Source of the DNA: Octopus bimaculoides
Lineage: Eukaryota
Length of the DNA: 46,132 nucleotides
Direction of reading: 5' to 3'
Assembly (NCBI RefSeq): GCF_001194135.2
Contig: NC_068984.1
Location: forward strand, 91,192,339-91,238,470
Shown in pieces: positions 1 through 11,384 of the stretch. How positions within the stretch are numbered: position 1 is the stretch's first letter; every line of letters starts with the position of its first letter. Made by a program: the position numbers and the translations under genes. The notes below the pieces were generated by a model that made no database searches, had not been told where the DNA came from, and saw only the letters and a program-made list of their open reading frames with translations.

Positions 1-359
1 AGGTTGACTCTAAGGCCCTTCAATTCTAGTCCTTGCTTCCACACCTGAAACTTCTCCTCTAGTTCTGATAGTGACTCAGCAATTAGTGCAAGGTCATCAG
101 CATAGAGGAGCTCCCAGGGGCATCCTGTCTTGAATTCCTCTGTTATCGCCTGGAGGACTATGATAAATAGGAGGGAGCTGAGGACTGAACCTTGGTGGAC
201 CCCTACCTCTACCCGGAATTCTTCACTGTACTCGTTGCCAACCCTCACCTTACTGACAGCGTCTCTGTACATGGCTCGCACAGCTCTCACTAACCATTCA
301 TCTATCCCTTGTTTCCTCATTGACCACCAGATGAGGGATCGGGGGACCCTGTCAATGGC
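1..359 (-). mobile_element. RTE-clade LINE, reverse transcriptase fragment (5'-truncated, open frame running off the window)
   Basis: Manual translation of the minus strand is stop-free: AIDRVPRSLIWWSMRKQGIDEWLVRAVRAMY...GVHQGSVLSSLLFIIVL...WELLYADDLALIAES...GLRVN. It contains the QGS and YADD motifs of non-LTR RT. Confidence 0.93.
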
Positions 360-559
360 ACACACACACATATATATGTATGAGATCTAGTCATTCTCAT
401 TTGCAAAATAAGCCCCACCTTAATTTTGTTCAGATTGCTTTCAATTTTGGTGTATCGATGCAACTCTGAATTTTGACTACAATTAACCAATTACTTTATC
501 CCATAAATTTAAGAATCTGATGTTATTTGGCATTAAAGTTGGGAAATTTGGGTAATCTT

Positions 560-607
560 AGCCAATCAACACACAGCGTGGCATTAGCAGCTTGTTACCA
601 TGACAAC
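560..607. promoter_or_regulatory. CCAAT box (AGCCAATCA, 560-568) plus RFX X-box-like palindrome (GTTACCATGACAAC, 594-607)
   Basis: Both motifs match their consensus (NF-Y RRCCAATSR; X-box GTHNYYATRRNAAC). Motif match only; no transcript evidence. Confidence 0.3.
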
Positions 608-1659
608 CAAACACTGTGTTGTGGTTCACTGTTGTCTGTTGATTTTTCACACTTAATTCTTCACACCACAAGATTCTTTTCACCTGCGTGTTTTGTTTTA
701 ATTTTTCTGTGTATATTACATATTTTTCTGTGCTTTTTTCTGTGTGTTAGTATTTTTACATATTTTTTATTTCATATATTTTTGGAACTCTTTGACTCAG
801 ATAACTGGCTTTATGATTTCTCTCGGTTAATCCTGGTCATAAAAATTTTAATTAGGAGTATTTCTTAAACCGTTAGCCTCAAATTTCAACAGCTTAACTG
901 AAATTTAGCCCATGTAACAAGAACTGAGAGGGATATTGTGGAACAGAGAAACTGGGTTTTACAGATAATTTGACATTATTTCTGAATTCTGCATGCAAAA
1001 ATGTATGATACAGGCATTGTTTTCTTTGAGACAAATTCTTTGTTGACCAGTGTTATTCTTATTGTAGTTTACAAATCCAAGCATGAAAACATTACTCAAC
1101 TTCAGAGGTTTGGAGATAGACGCCCCTTCACACACACACATAAATGCATAATGTACATATAAACTTATATATGAATACATATGTCCACATGCACTTATAT
1201 ATTAATGATGTACACAAATACATGACAGGTATACATAATACTGAAACATGCATAAAGTAAACACATGCAGACAAATATATTAATATAACAAATTAAAAAA
1301 AATAATAAAACCATAGATCAATGAAGAGATAAAAGAAACAATAAGATGATACATGATTTTATTAGGTGTTTCTGTTTATTTAGAAACCTACAATGAACAG
1401 GTCAGATGCTAAACTCTAAATTTCACAGGGTACAACTTGAAAGTTGACACCACTCTACTAAACACAAAAAATTTCTGTCTTGCTATTGGCTAAAAATATG
1501 CAGTTTAAAAAATTTTTAAACCTCTGTAACTTTTTTCTCCAATTTTTTTTTCTCCACATCATACCTTCGAAGCAATGAGATTGGAAGGCTACATTATTAT
1601 AGCCAATTTTCATATTTGTTACTGTCTTTTAAAAAATGCATATTTTGCAAATGAAAAAA

Positions 1660-1669
1660 AACTAGATCC

Positions 1670-1710
<41 letters not shown>

Positions 1711-1790
1711 AGTGTGCATATATATGTGTGTGTATATGTGTATATATATATATGTGTGTGTGTGTATGTATGTATATATATAATGAGAAT
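1660..1790. repeat. (TA)n/(TG)n compound microsatellite
   Basis: Direct inspection. Confidence 0.9.
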
Positions 1791-1923
1791 TTATAAAAGA
1801 CGAAGACAGGTGTGTAAACAACAAACAGATGTATTAGTTTAACACTCAGGAAGTGAGAAAGTCTTTTACGTTTTGAGCCTATGCTCTTCGACAGAAAGGA
1901 ATCACAGAAATAAACAGGAAGAG

Positions 1924-1967
<44 letters not shown>

Positions 1968-2619
1968 ATACCAATGAAAAAGACAAAGAAAATTCTTTAG
2001 CACATCTTTCTTTCATAAGTTACACATGTTTCTGTAGCATCTCCACGGCAGCTAACGCGAAACTTCTAAAAGAAAAATTTACATAATATATGTGGGTTTT
2101 AGGCATTGGAGAGGCACATCTTCAGACTTGTATCAAAGTCATGCTATTACATTGTGCGTCTATCAGACCTTGTTGTTCTGAAAGTATCCAGAGGAACTAA
2201 AAAGGGAAAAATTAAAAAGTGTGTATGCAGGATGGGTTGGGGAAGAAATTATGTGGAGATGGGGGAATCTAGAGGGTGGATATGTATAAGAATAGGAGGG
2301 AGAAAGGGAAGGGGGTGGTGGTAAACAAACAGAGGAAGGCAAAAGAGAAGAAACTGAAGATGTAGAAAGAAGGGAAGTAGAAGAAGAAGGGAAAGAAGAA
2401 AAAGCCAGTACTGGCAGGGCCAATGTTACCAAGATTCCTCTGAAGGACATTAGATTGTGACAACTTAAAGTGAAAGATTTATTAAAGAGATAACTAGATT
2501 CTTTTCAGAGTCAAAGGGTTAGGATGTTAAAGATGTATGCTGTGGGGGGACCTAAAATTTATGACGTTAGAGTGAATTGGCACTGGGAGAGAAGTGCAAG
2601 TACTAAGAATAAAAGACAA

Positions 2620-3285
2620 CATACATACATAAATGTACGCATAGATACACACACACATGTATATATAACCAGGGGGACAGAGATACACACACAACACACA
2701 CCCACAGACACACTCGCATATGCACAGACATGCACACCCACACCCACACATATATATACATGCATGTATACTTTCATCCACACACACATATTTATGTAAA
2801 ATCCATAGATGCACAGATATAGAGAGACACCCACACGATTGTATTGTTATGTTAGTACATCTATACAAAAACATCTATATGTACATGAATACATACAAAG
2901 ATACATACACACATAAATATATGCATCGATGCATATATACATACACATGTTCATACACCTTTACAAATAAACATATATATATCCAAACACACGCTCACAC
3001 ACACACACACACATATAAAGGTATATATACATGTACCTACAAATACACACAGGAAGACATATACACATACACACAGATATACATAAATGTATCTACATAT
3101 ACACACAAAGACACATACATGTACCTACACACAGAAATACATACACATATACACGTACATACATAAATAAACATATTCACACACATGTGCATGTACCTAT
3201 AAATATGTATACATATATATTTACATGTATATACATATATACACCCACATATATACGTGGATATATATTCACACACACATTTGTG
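2620..3285. repeat. Long degenerate CA/TA-rich microsatellite field (about 660 bp)
   Basis: Direct inspection. It explains the H/T/Y/I-rich and C/V/Y/M-rich ORFs in the track. Confidence 0.9.
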
Positions 3286-4293
3286 GTAAAATGGAGATTG
3301 GACAGGGTAAATCCAAATGGATGAGGTGGGTAGGGTGGGTACCTGTGGAAGATTACTGAACCTCACAGAGGGAATGACAAAGGAACAAGATGGTGAATAG
3401 TGGGATGGGATGTTAGGGACATATTGTGTGCAAGTGGATTTGTGATACTGCAAAGGGAGAGTAGGAGATAGAAAGGAGGGTAATGCAGTGAGTGGTGAAG
3501 AAAATGTAACTGCTACTTCTGAGATAGCTATCAACTCTGGTTTAACCCTTTTGTTACTAACCTGCCCTTAACTGCCTGAAAAAAATGTTTGTTAATATTA
3601 CTAAACCAGCCAAAAGACCTATTCATATTTTAATGAGAATTTCAGTGCAAATCTCAGTACATTTGTGAAGATATGTAGTTTCACTATGTAAACAGTTGAC
3701 TTATACTGTACATTGTGAATTTTTAGATTTTTTGATGTTTCACTATGGATGAAAGATGGATACCAGTTTCATGTTGCCATGCAGTGAAAGGAGACATAGA
3801 AAATTGTAAGAAAATATATGGCAAACATAAAGACCATGTATGTAATTATGAATTGGATATTACTTTTCCTAAAGTCAAATGATTCTGACAACAGTTCCAA
3901 TAGTGATGAGAAAAAATGAATTTGTACCTGATTATAAGTAAGGATTTAAAAACTGTTTTTCTTAGTTATTTTTAGGAAGATATTAGACTTAGCCACAGTC
4001 TTTCTAAGGAAACAAAACTGTTAGAGGATCTTTCTGATTTGATGGGCAACACTTGTTTTCTTAACGAAACACTTTCAAACTTGGGATACTGGTAGACTGT
4101 GTCATATAAACATCTTTTTCTCTTAGCTTTCTTAACAAAAATTTATATATTGCAAGTTATTTCATGTTAAAGTTGTCATATTTCTGTAATTTCAACCAAT
4201 CAGCTGAATACAGTTACTGCTCTTTTTATAAACAATAATTTTTGCCGGTGTTAAGAGTGTTATTCCCTGTTTAATTATATCATTATTCCCTAG

Positions 4294-4362
4294 TAAGGGT
4301 TTTAGGGTTAGGGTTCGGGTTTTAGAGTTAGGGTTAGGGTTAAGGTTATGAGTGAGGTTATG
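4294..4362 (+). repeat. Short degenerate TTAGGG (telomere-like) tract
   Basis: TTAGGGTTAGGGTTCGGGTTTAGAGTTAGGGTTAGGGTTAAGG, next to an N gap. Confidence 0.8.
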
Positions 4363-5682
4363 GCAAAAATAATCATAACNNNNNNNNNNNNNNNNNNNNN
4401 NNNNNNNNNNNNNNNNNNNNNNNNNNNNNNNNNNNNNNNNNAGAGCTAAAACCAGTACAAATGCATGAACGATGTCATAAATAACAGTGACAAACGAAAT
4501 ATATACCGCTGATAGTTGTTGTTGATAACGGATAGTTGTTGTTGACAAACAACTGCACTAATTTTATTCAAGGGAAAAGATCCTATGGCAATAATTGTTT
4601 TCACCTCAATAGACGTCAGTGATTGGTTGAAATTACCGAAATACGACAATTTTTTACATGAAATAACTTCGAATACAAAAATTTTTATCTGTTCTATAAC
4701 ACAAAATATACAAGTATACGAAGTTTGAAAGTGTTTCGGTACCAAAAACACTACATAAAACATTAATGAAAAGTGTTGCCCGTCAAATCAGAAAGATCCC
4801 TGTTAGATTATTAAACATTTTTTTTTCTTTTGGAGTGATTACTGCGAAAACGAATCATTTCAAAGAGTTGAATAGTTTGAGGTTTTCCACGTACTTAGAA
4901 GAAAGTTAGAAATCCAAGCAATTTTAGAATATTGTGTGTGTGTGTGTAAAAATTTAATTTATGAATATTTTTAGAAAAATTTATCTCATTTTTATTTTTA
5001 TTTACCTGTAAGATGCACAACAGAGTTTGATTAATTTGGATTGTGAATCATCATATGTGTTTCTGTGTATTTATGTATATGTGTAAGTTTATTTCATTTA
5101 GTTCATAGCATGCATTTCATTTCCTAGTTTTTTTCAAAGACAAAGTCTAGTATTTTGTTCTATTTTTCCTTTATAGTACATCACTGTCATTCTGTTTTAC
5201 CTTTATAGTACACCTGTCATATGTGCATTAATTTGGACTGATAGATAATCCAATAATTTGCACAATTGCTCTGTATTAAAATTTTGTTTTATACTCATTG
5301 AATATTAGCTAATAACTCATTTTCTATGCTTAATAATTTTATATTTTGTTGAATTTACCTGTATTGTAAAAAAAAAACAATTTTAAATATGTAACAGATT
5401 TGGTTAAGAACCTTTTGCTAAATTGTTCCAAAAATCACATTGATATATTGATAAATAAAAAAGAGTTGTTTTATGAACCCAGTCTAAATTCATAATAGAA
5501 TTTAATTGAAACACAAAAGAGGTGTACTTTGGTGAGAAATATAGTAATGAAAGGATGAAATAAAATTAAATGATTTCGTCATTAATTCATGTATTTCAAA
5601 TTGATATGTATTTATACTCATATATTGGTTTTGTTTATAGAAAAATGTGTGTATCTGTCTGTGTATATATATATATATATAT

Positions 5683-5834
5683 ACTCTCTGAGTGGTTGGC
5701 GTTAGGAAGGGCATCCAGCTGTAGAAACTCTGCCAAATCAGACTGGAGCCTGGTGTTGCCATCCGGTTTCACCAGTCCTCAGTCAAATCGTCCAACCCAT
5801 GCTAGCATGGAAAGCGGACGTTAAACGATGATGA

Positions 5835-5838
<4 letters not shown>
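5683..5838 (+). mobile_element. RTE-type 3' tail / short retroposon ending GGAAAGCGGACGTTAAAC(GAT)n
   Basis: Near-identical to copies at 13950 and 16468. The same tail follows RTE ORF ends elsewhere in the window. Flanked by (TA)n on both sides. Confidence 0.85.
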
Positions 5839-5875
<37 letters not shown>

Positions 5876-5876
5876 T

Positions 5877-6020
5877 ATCATCATCATCATCATTGTTTAA
5901 CGTCTGCCTTCCATGCTAGCATGGATTGGACGATTTGACTGAGGACTGGCTAACCAGATGGCTGCACCAGGCTCCAATCTGATCTGGCAGAGTTTCTACA
6001 GCTGGATGCCTTTCCTAACG
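5877..6020 (-). mobile_element. RTE-type 3' tail, inverted relative to 5683-5838
   Basis: (CAT)n-TGTTTAACGTCTGCCTTCCATGCTAGCATGG...; about 90% identical to the neighbouring copy by manual alignment. Confidence 0.85.
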
Positions 6021-6039
6021 TCAGGATGCCCTCTCACAG

Positions 6040-6760
6040 TATTAACCAGACTATCAGATGCTGTTATACACCACTGGTGACAATGTGCTTCCAATTCTGT
6101 CTTGATTGCACCATTCTTTTCAATCTTGACCTAAATTACTTAACTAAATTCTCTTCTTATCTGTGTGAAGGCCTTCTAAGTAGCCCTTTTCTGATCTCTT
6201 GGATACCACTCGGCAACTGCACAGGTCCACCTGTTGTCTGTAAACTTTGCAACATGTCTAGCCTGGTAGAAGTTCTGCTTTTGGTATTCTGTAACTTCAT
6301 CGTTCACTGTGTTCCATTCTTGAATTATCTCATTTCAAATATGCTCTCACAATCATATTCCTAGAATGGATCTTTCCAAGACCCTTCGTGTCATACCTAG
6401 TCAATGTTCTATCCTCTTTGTGGTAGCCCACGTTTCACTTGCGTATAAGAGCACATGTAGGACAGTGCTATTGAAAAGTCTGCAATGTATTATATTGTTT
6501 CACTTTGTTTTGAACACATCCTTTCCCAAGTTAAATACCTTCCATCCTACCCTTATTCTCTTTAAGATTTCAGCATCCGTATCTCAGCGCATATTAACTA
6601 TTTGCCCTTAGTTGACCTACTCCTTTACCTCATCAATTTCATTACTTCCTACCTTGTACTATGTCTTCCAACTGCATATACTTTGTTTTCATGCAGTTCA
6701 TTTTAAGACCTGTTGCTAAGCCCTAAGTGTCCATCTCTGTCAGCATAGTCTGCAACTGGT
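6040..6760 (-). mobile_element. Decayed 3' part of a second RTE-clade LINE family (RT C-terminus)
   Basis: The minus strand gives GLKMNCMKTKYMQ and later remnants resembling the RTE C-terminal motifs (YASETW, GHVAR, RWT..V.EWYPR), with many stops and frameshifts. Confidence 0.75.
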
Positions 6761-6761
6761 A

Positions 6762-6763
6762 TA

Positions 6764-6840
<77 letters not shown>
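6762..6840. repeat. (TA)n microsatellite
   Basis: Direct inspection. Confidence 0.95.
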
Positions 6841-6842
<2 letters not shown>

Positions 6843-7547
6843 TATTCAACTATGGTAGTAGTTGAATAATATTCTTAAGGCCACAATTTACTCACACACA
6901 GCATTTTTCAGAGCTTGTTGCTAATTCAGTTCTTAACCAAATTGAAAGCTGTTAACATTTTTGAAGAGGACTGGTCCCTAGTTACATTTTGGCATTAAAA
7001 AATTGAGATTTGATCTGGTAGAAAAAAGTTTACATCAAAATTTGTAGCAACGTTATAGGAGAGTAAGTAACGCCACCAATCAAGTTTAGATCTAAATAAC
7101 TTTTTTTTTATTTTAAAAGCAAAATATATTTATCTTAATTTCAATGATAGAAGAAGGCATGAAAAATTTCATAGTTTTGTTCTCATGCAACGAAAATTTG
7201 TATCAAAAAAGTTGTGAGGTAAAATATCATGAAAAAAATATAAGGCAAAAATTGGATTTAAGTATAATTGACTTTTTTATTTTAAAAACAAACTATATTT
7301 TAATGAAGTTTAAATGATAGAGCTCAATTCAAGGAATTTCATGGTATCAATCTCATGCATTGAAGTTTTTAAAGAAAAAATTATGAGTGTTTGTTTCTCA
7401 AATTTGAGGGTGATAATATAGTTCTATACTTTTTTATGAAGGGGACTTCTAATATATGTCACCGGTATCATTGAGGTAAGGAAAAAATTATCAACGACAC
7501 TGCTAATTGACACATTTGACACATTAATTAGTATAATAGCATAGCCT

Positions 7548-8197
7548 GGAAAAATGTGAGCAAGAGAAATAATATTCTTAAGATTATAAACGTGGAAAAT
7601 CACTGGACAATTTATTACACTTGAAAAAGTTTGGAACAACTTATTACATCTGGTAAAGTACAGAACAAGAAAATTTTTACTTAAAATATTGCAGCTAAGG
7701 ATAAAACTTGAATATTAAAAATTATTTGATTTTAATTTACAAAGTAACATTATAATGAAAAAAAGTACCATCATTTTGTTAGAATATTGACACACTAGAA
7801 TACTTAAGAAATGAGAGCCAGAAGTGCCAATATAACTGAAGTTCTATGCAAAGTGGAACAGTATATATGGTAGGCAAATTCATTATGTAAAAAATAGGCA
7901 TTGGGTCAAGATTAAAAATGTGGGGACTTGGCAATAACTCGAGCAAATTTTACTGTAAATTTGTTGGTATAGATAGATTTTACTGTAATTCTTTTACTTG
8001 TTTCAGTCATTTGACTGTGGCTATGCTGGAGCACCGACTTTAGTCGAGCAAATCGACCCCAGGACTTAGTCTTTGTAAGTCTAGTACAAATTCTATCGGT
8101 CTCTTTTGCAAAACCGCTAAGTTACAGGGATGTAAACACACCAGCATCAGTTGTCAAGTGATGTTGCGGGGACAAACACAGACACACAAACATATAT

Positions 8198-8228
<31 letters not shown>

Positions 8229-8797
8229 NNNNNNNNNNTTCAGTTTCCATCTACCAAATCTACTCACAAGGCTTTGGTCGACCCGAGGCTATAGTAGAAG
8301 ACACTTGCCCAAGGTGTCACACAGTGGGACTGAACCCGGAACCATGACGGTTGGTAAATAAGCTACTTACCACACAGCCACTCCTGCACCTATTCTAACT
8401 AATTTTTGTATTATTCTATTTATTGTACTAACTAATTATGTACTACTATTATTTTTTATAATCTATTTTCAAATTTCTAATTAATGATTAAAAAAATATT
8501 GCAAAAAATATTTTGACTTATTTTTTATTTTTAATAAAAGTAACAAGTTATAACAAATAGAAATAATAACTTGTAATAAAATTTTAGTTTTAATAAAAGC
8601 TAATATTTTCTAAATCTAAATGTTTTATTTGAAATTTTATTCTTAGCTGCAATATTTTAAGTAAAAAATTTCTTGTTTTGTACTTTACCAAATGTAATAA
8701 GTTGTCCTGAACTTTTCCAAGTGTCATAACTTGTCCTGTAATTTTCCAGGTTTACTATCTCAAGAATATTATTTCTCTTGCTCGCATTTTTCTATGT
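7548..8797. mobile_element. Foldback/MITE-like element with about 170-190 bp imperfect terminal inverted repeats, interrupted by a SINE
   Basis: 7548-7720 (GAAAAATGTGAGCAAGAGAAATAATATTCTT...TTAAAATATTGCAGCTAAG) matches the reverse complement of about 8625-8797. No TSD found. Confidence 0.75.
7990..8391 (-). mobile_element. tRNA-derived SINE, family A (near full length, internal N gap)
   Basis: Reverse complement of the 14936-15332 copy. tRNA-like head with B-box GGTTCAGTCCC, central TA/TG tract, tail ending GACTGAAACAAGTAAAAG. Confidence 0.88.
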
Positions 8798-9116
8798 AAT
8801 ATATTTTCAGAAGCCTGTTTCCAAGCAATAATAATACAATAATAATATGATACAATAACAATAAAGAAATTCACAGGTATAAGTATGATTTTTTATGTAG
8901 TGAGGATAAAGATAATTTTATATAAATGCTATTTGAAAAGTTTCTATAGAATTATATCTTGCTAACTATAGTTACATATAGTAAACTGAAAGACTATTTA
9001 CTGTACTATTCTGTAATCTCCACAAGATTATGGTGTGGTATAGTAAGAGAATTTAACAGTGTACTTACTAAAAATAAATTGATACTTGTGTTTTGGAGAA
9101 ACGTTCCTACTTGATC

Positions 9117-10390
9117 ATTATCATCATCATCATCATCATTTAACATCCGCTTTCCATGCTGGCATGGGTTGGGCAATTTGACAGGAGCTGGCTAGACAGA
9201 AGACTGCACCATGCTTCGCTGTCTGTTTTGGCATGGTTTTTACAGTTGGATTCCCTTCCTAACACCAACCACTCCGCAGAGTGTACTGAGTGCTTTTTAC
9301 ATGGCACCAGCACAGGTGAGGTCAGTTTTAGCATGGCTTTTTAGTTAGATGCCCTTCCAAATGCCAACCACTTAATAGTGTGGACTGGATGCTTTTTATA
9401 TGGCACCAGCACTGGCAGGGTCACCAAGTAACTTACAAGACAAAGATCCTTTGAGAGGGGGTGTGGCATTGGAGGTGATCTTGTGACAGATGATGAAAGG
9501 CTAGAATGTGACAGAGAGACAGAAACAGGTATCTTGTTGTAGAGGAGATACATGGTTACCTGGTCAGAGAGAGAGAAAGAAAGAAGGAGTGATCAAAATT
9601 GAGGCCAGTAAAAGGTGTGTTGCTGTAGAGGAGATACATGGTTAACCAGTTCAAAGGAGAGCGCAAAAGAAAGAGATTAGGAGAGAGATGGTGGCGATGC
9701 ACCAAGGCATGTTCACAAGGGATGTTAGAGAAGAGACGAGGGGAGATAAGTGGCAGCAAAGTGGAAGGGCATGCCCTCAAGATACTGGGTCAGAATATAA
9801 ATGGTAAGGTATTGTCAAGGTGCATGAGTAAGGAGTAGTGATTTCATAGGAATGCAAAGAGTGTCGGGGTGGGGTTGCAGTGACTGGTAAAACCTCAGCA
9901 TATAGAGTAGGTGGGGGACAACAAGATAGTAATGATACAGTGAGCAAGGCAGTGAGGGCAGGATTGGGGAGCATGAGATAAACATAGTACATTAAGAGGA
10001 AGTTCAAGGAAGAGGAGAGATGTAGTTCTGTTTGTTGAGGTAGGGTGTGGAAAAAGTTTTTTTATTACATGTGGGTGGAACTCAGTGCTTCTAGAACTCA
10101 ATTTCGCTGAAGTGGGCATGTCTTCTCAAGAACCTCATATCGTCAGACATCTCAGTCCATTGTCATCTCCTCTGTGAGATGACAATATCCTGAGAGTGGT
10201 CCTCACTATTTCATCCCATATCTTCCTGGGTCTCCCTCTTTCTCAGGTACCATTCACTCTCAATGATTGGCACTTCTTTATACAGCGGTTTTTATTCATA
10301 TGTTTCACATGACCAAACCAAAGTAGTCTTCTTGCATGTTGTATTTGATTCCTCATATACCCAACTTTTTTCTCAACACTTTTGCACTTA
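9117..10390 (-). mobile_element. RTE LINE 3' end with long CT-rich 3'UTR and (GAT)n tail
   Basis: On the minus strand: RTE C-terminal remnant (10390-10130), then about 700 bp homologous to 15530-16395 and 32185-32990, then the conserved tail and (GAT)n. Confidence 0.7.
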
Positions 10391-10574
10391 ATATGATAAA
10401 GAAAACTTTAGGTATATTTGTTGTAACTTTTTTGTGTAAAATCCATTAAAATAATTTGAATTCCTCTTCCACATTTTAATATTTCTATTTTATACCTTGT
10501 GTGAGAGTACTTTTTATGGGAGGTATATTATAGTTGTTTCATGGGTCTATTTGAAAGTATGCTGTGTGAGTATT

Positions 10575-10865
10575 CATCAACATCATCTGTCTGTTTTCCA
10601 TGCTGGCATGAGTTGGACGGTTTGACCAGAACTGGGAAGCTGCACCAGATTCCAGTCTGATTTGGCTTGGTTTCTCTAGCTGGGCGCCCTTCCTAATGCC
10701 AACCACTTTACAGTGTGTGATGGGTGCTTTTAATGTGCCACCAGCATGAGTGCTTTTATGTTGTACTAACACAATCCTCTTCACCAGGGGATGCAGTCTT
10801 AACACTTGTGCAGTGTAAGACGGGTCTTCTTCAGTACAGCAAGGTACCAGGTATCTTGGTCCTAA
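10575..10865 (-). mobile_element. RTE-type 3' tail copy
   Basis: CATCATC...TTTTCCATGCTGGCATG...GCCCTTCCTAATGCCAACC, shared with the other tails. Confidence 0.8.
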
Positions 10866-11384
10866 CGAAATATGTTATTTTATCCTATCTTCTTAGAATT
10901 TTTGATAGTTGTGTTAAGTGTGTTGTAGCTTTTTGATTCAACGTTATTATTAAATTTTTTATACATTTTATTTTAATAAAGTTTTTAACTCTGTTTTTAG
11001 TTGCATACTTTAGATTCATTTTGTTTGTTTTAATAAATTTTTCTGACATTTGGAAGGTTGAATTAAGGTGTCATGGGGTTATTAATGTTTTGCATTGAAT
11101 GTATGCTAAATTTAAAGTTGTGTTAATCGAGTGTTGTAATAAATTGGATCTTATCCTCAAAACCACTTTTCAACGGAGCCTCATTATAATATTCAGAGTG
11201 ATTATTAAATATTTCTATGTTAGAGGATAGAATGGAAATTATAAGAGATATTCTTTACAAGATTACCTGTTATAGATTTTGGATGATTAGAATTTTCATG
11301 AAATAGTTAGGATTTCTGTGTGTGTGTGTGTGTGTGTGTATAAATGTGCATGTGTGTGTATACATGCATGTGTTATCAAGAACC

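Noticed and set aside
130-390. Plus-strand 86-aa ORF
   Set aside because: Antisense shadow of the RTE reverse transcriptase.
1795-2520. Possible Penelope-like terminal fragments (also 19600-20030)
   Set aside because: No RT or GIY-YIG coding remnant recognisable, so the classification cannot be supported.
1575-3534. ORFs rich in C/V/Y/M or H/T/Y/I
   Set aside because: Translations of microsatellites and purine-rich low-complexity DNA.
3722-3875. Peptide FTMDERWIPVS resembling a Kelch W motif, and a BTB-like FDVSL in another frame
   Set aside because: No GG motif, in-frame stops next to the acceptor, and no splice phase compatible with the real exons.
6842-6869. Perfect 11-bp hairpin TTATTCAACTA/TAGTTGAATAA
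   Set aside because: Too short and AT-rich to interpret; probably a repeat terminus or chance.
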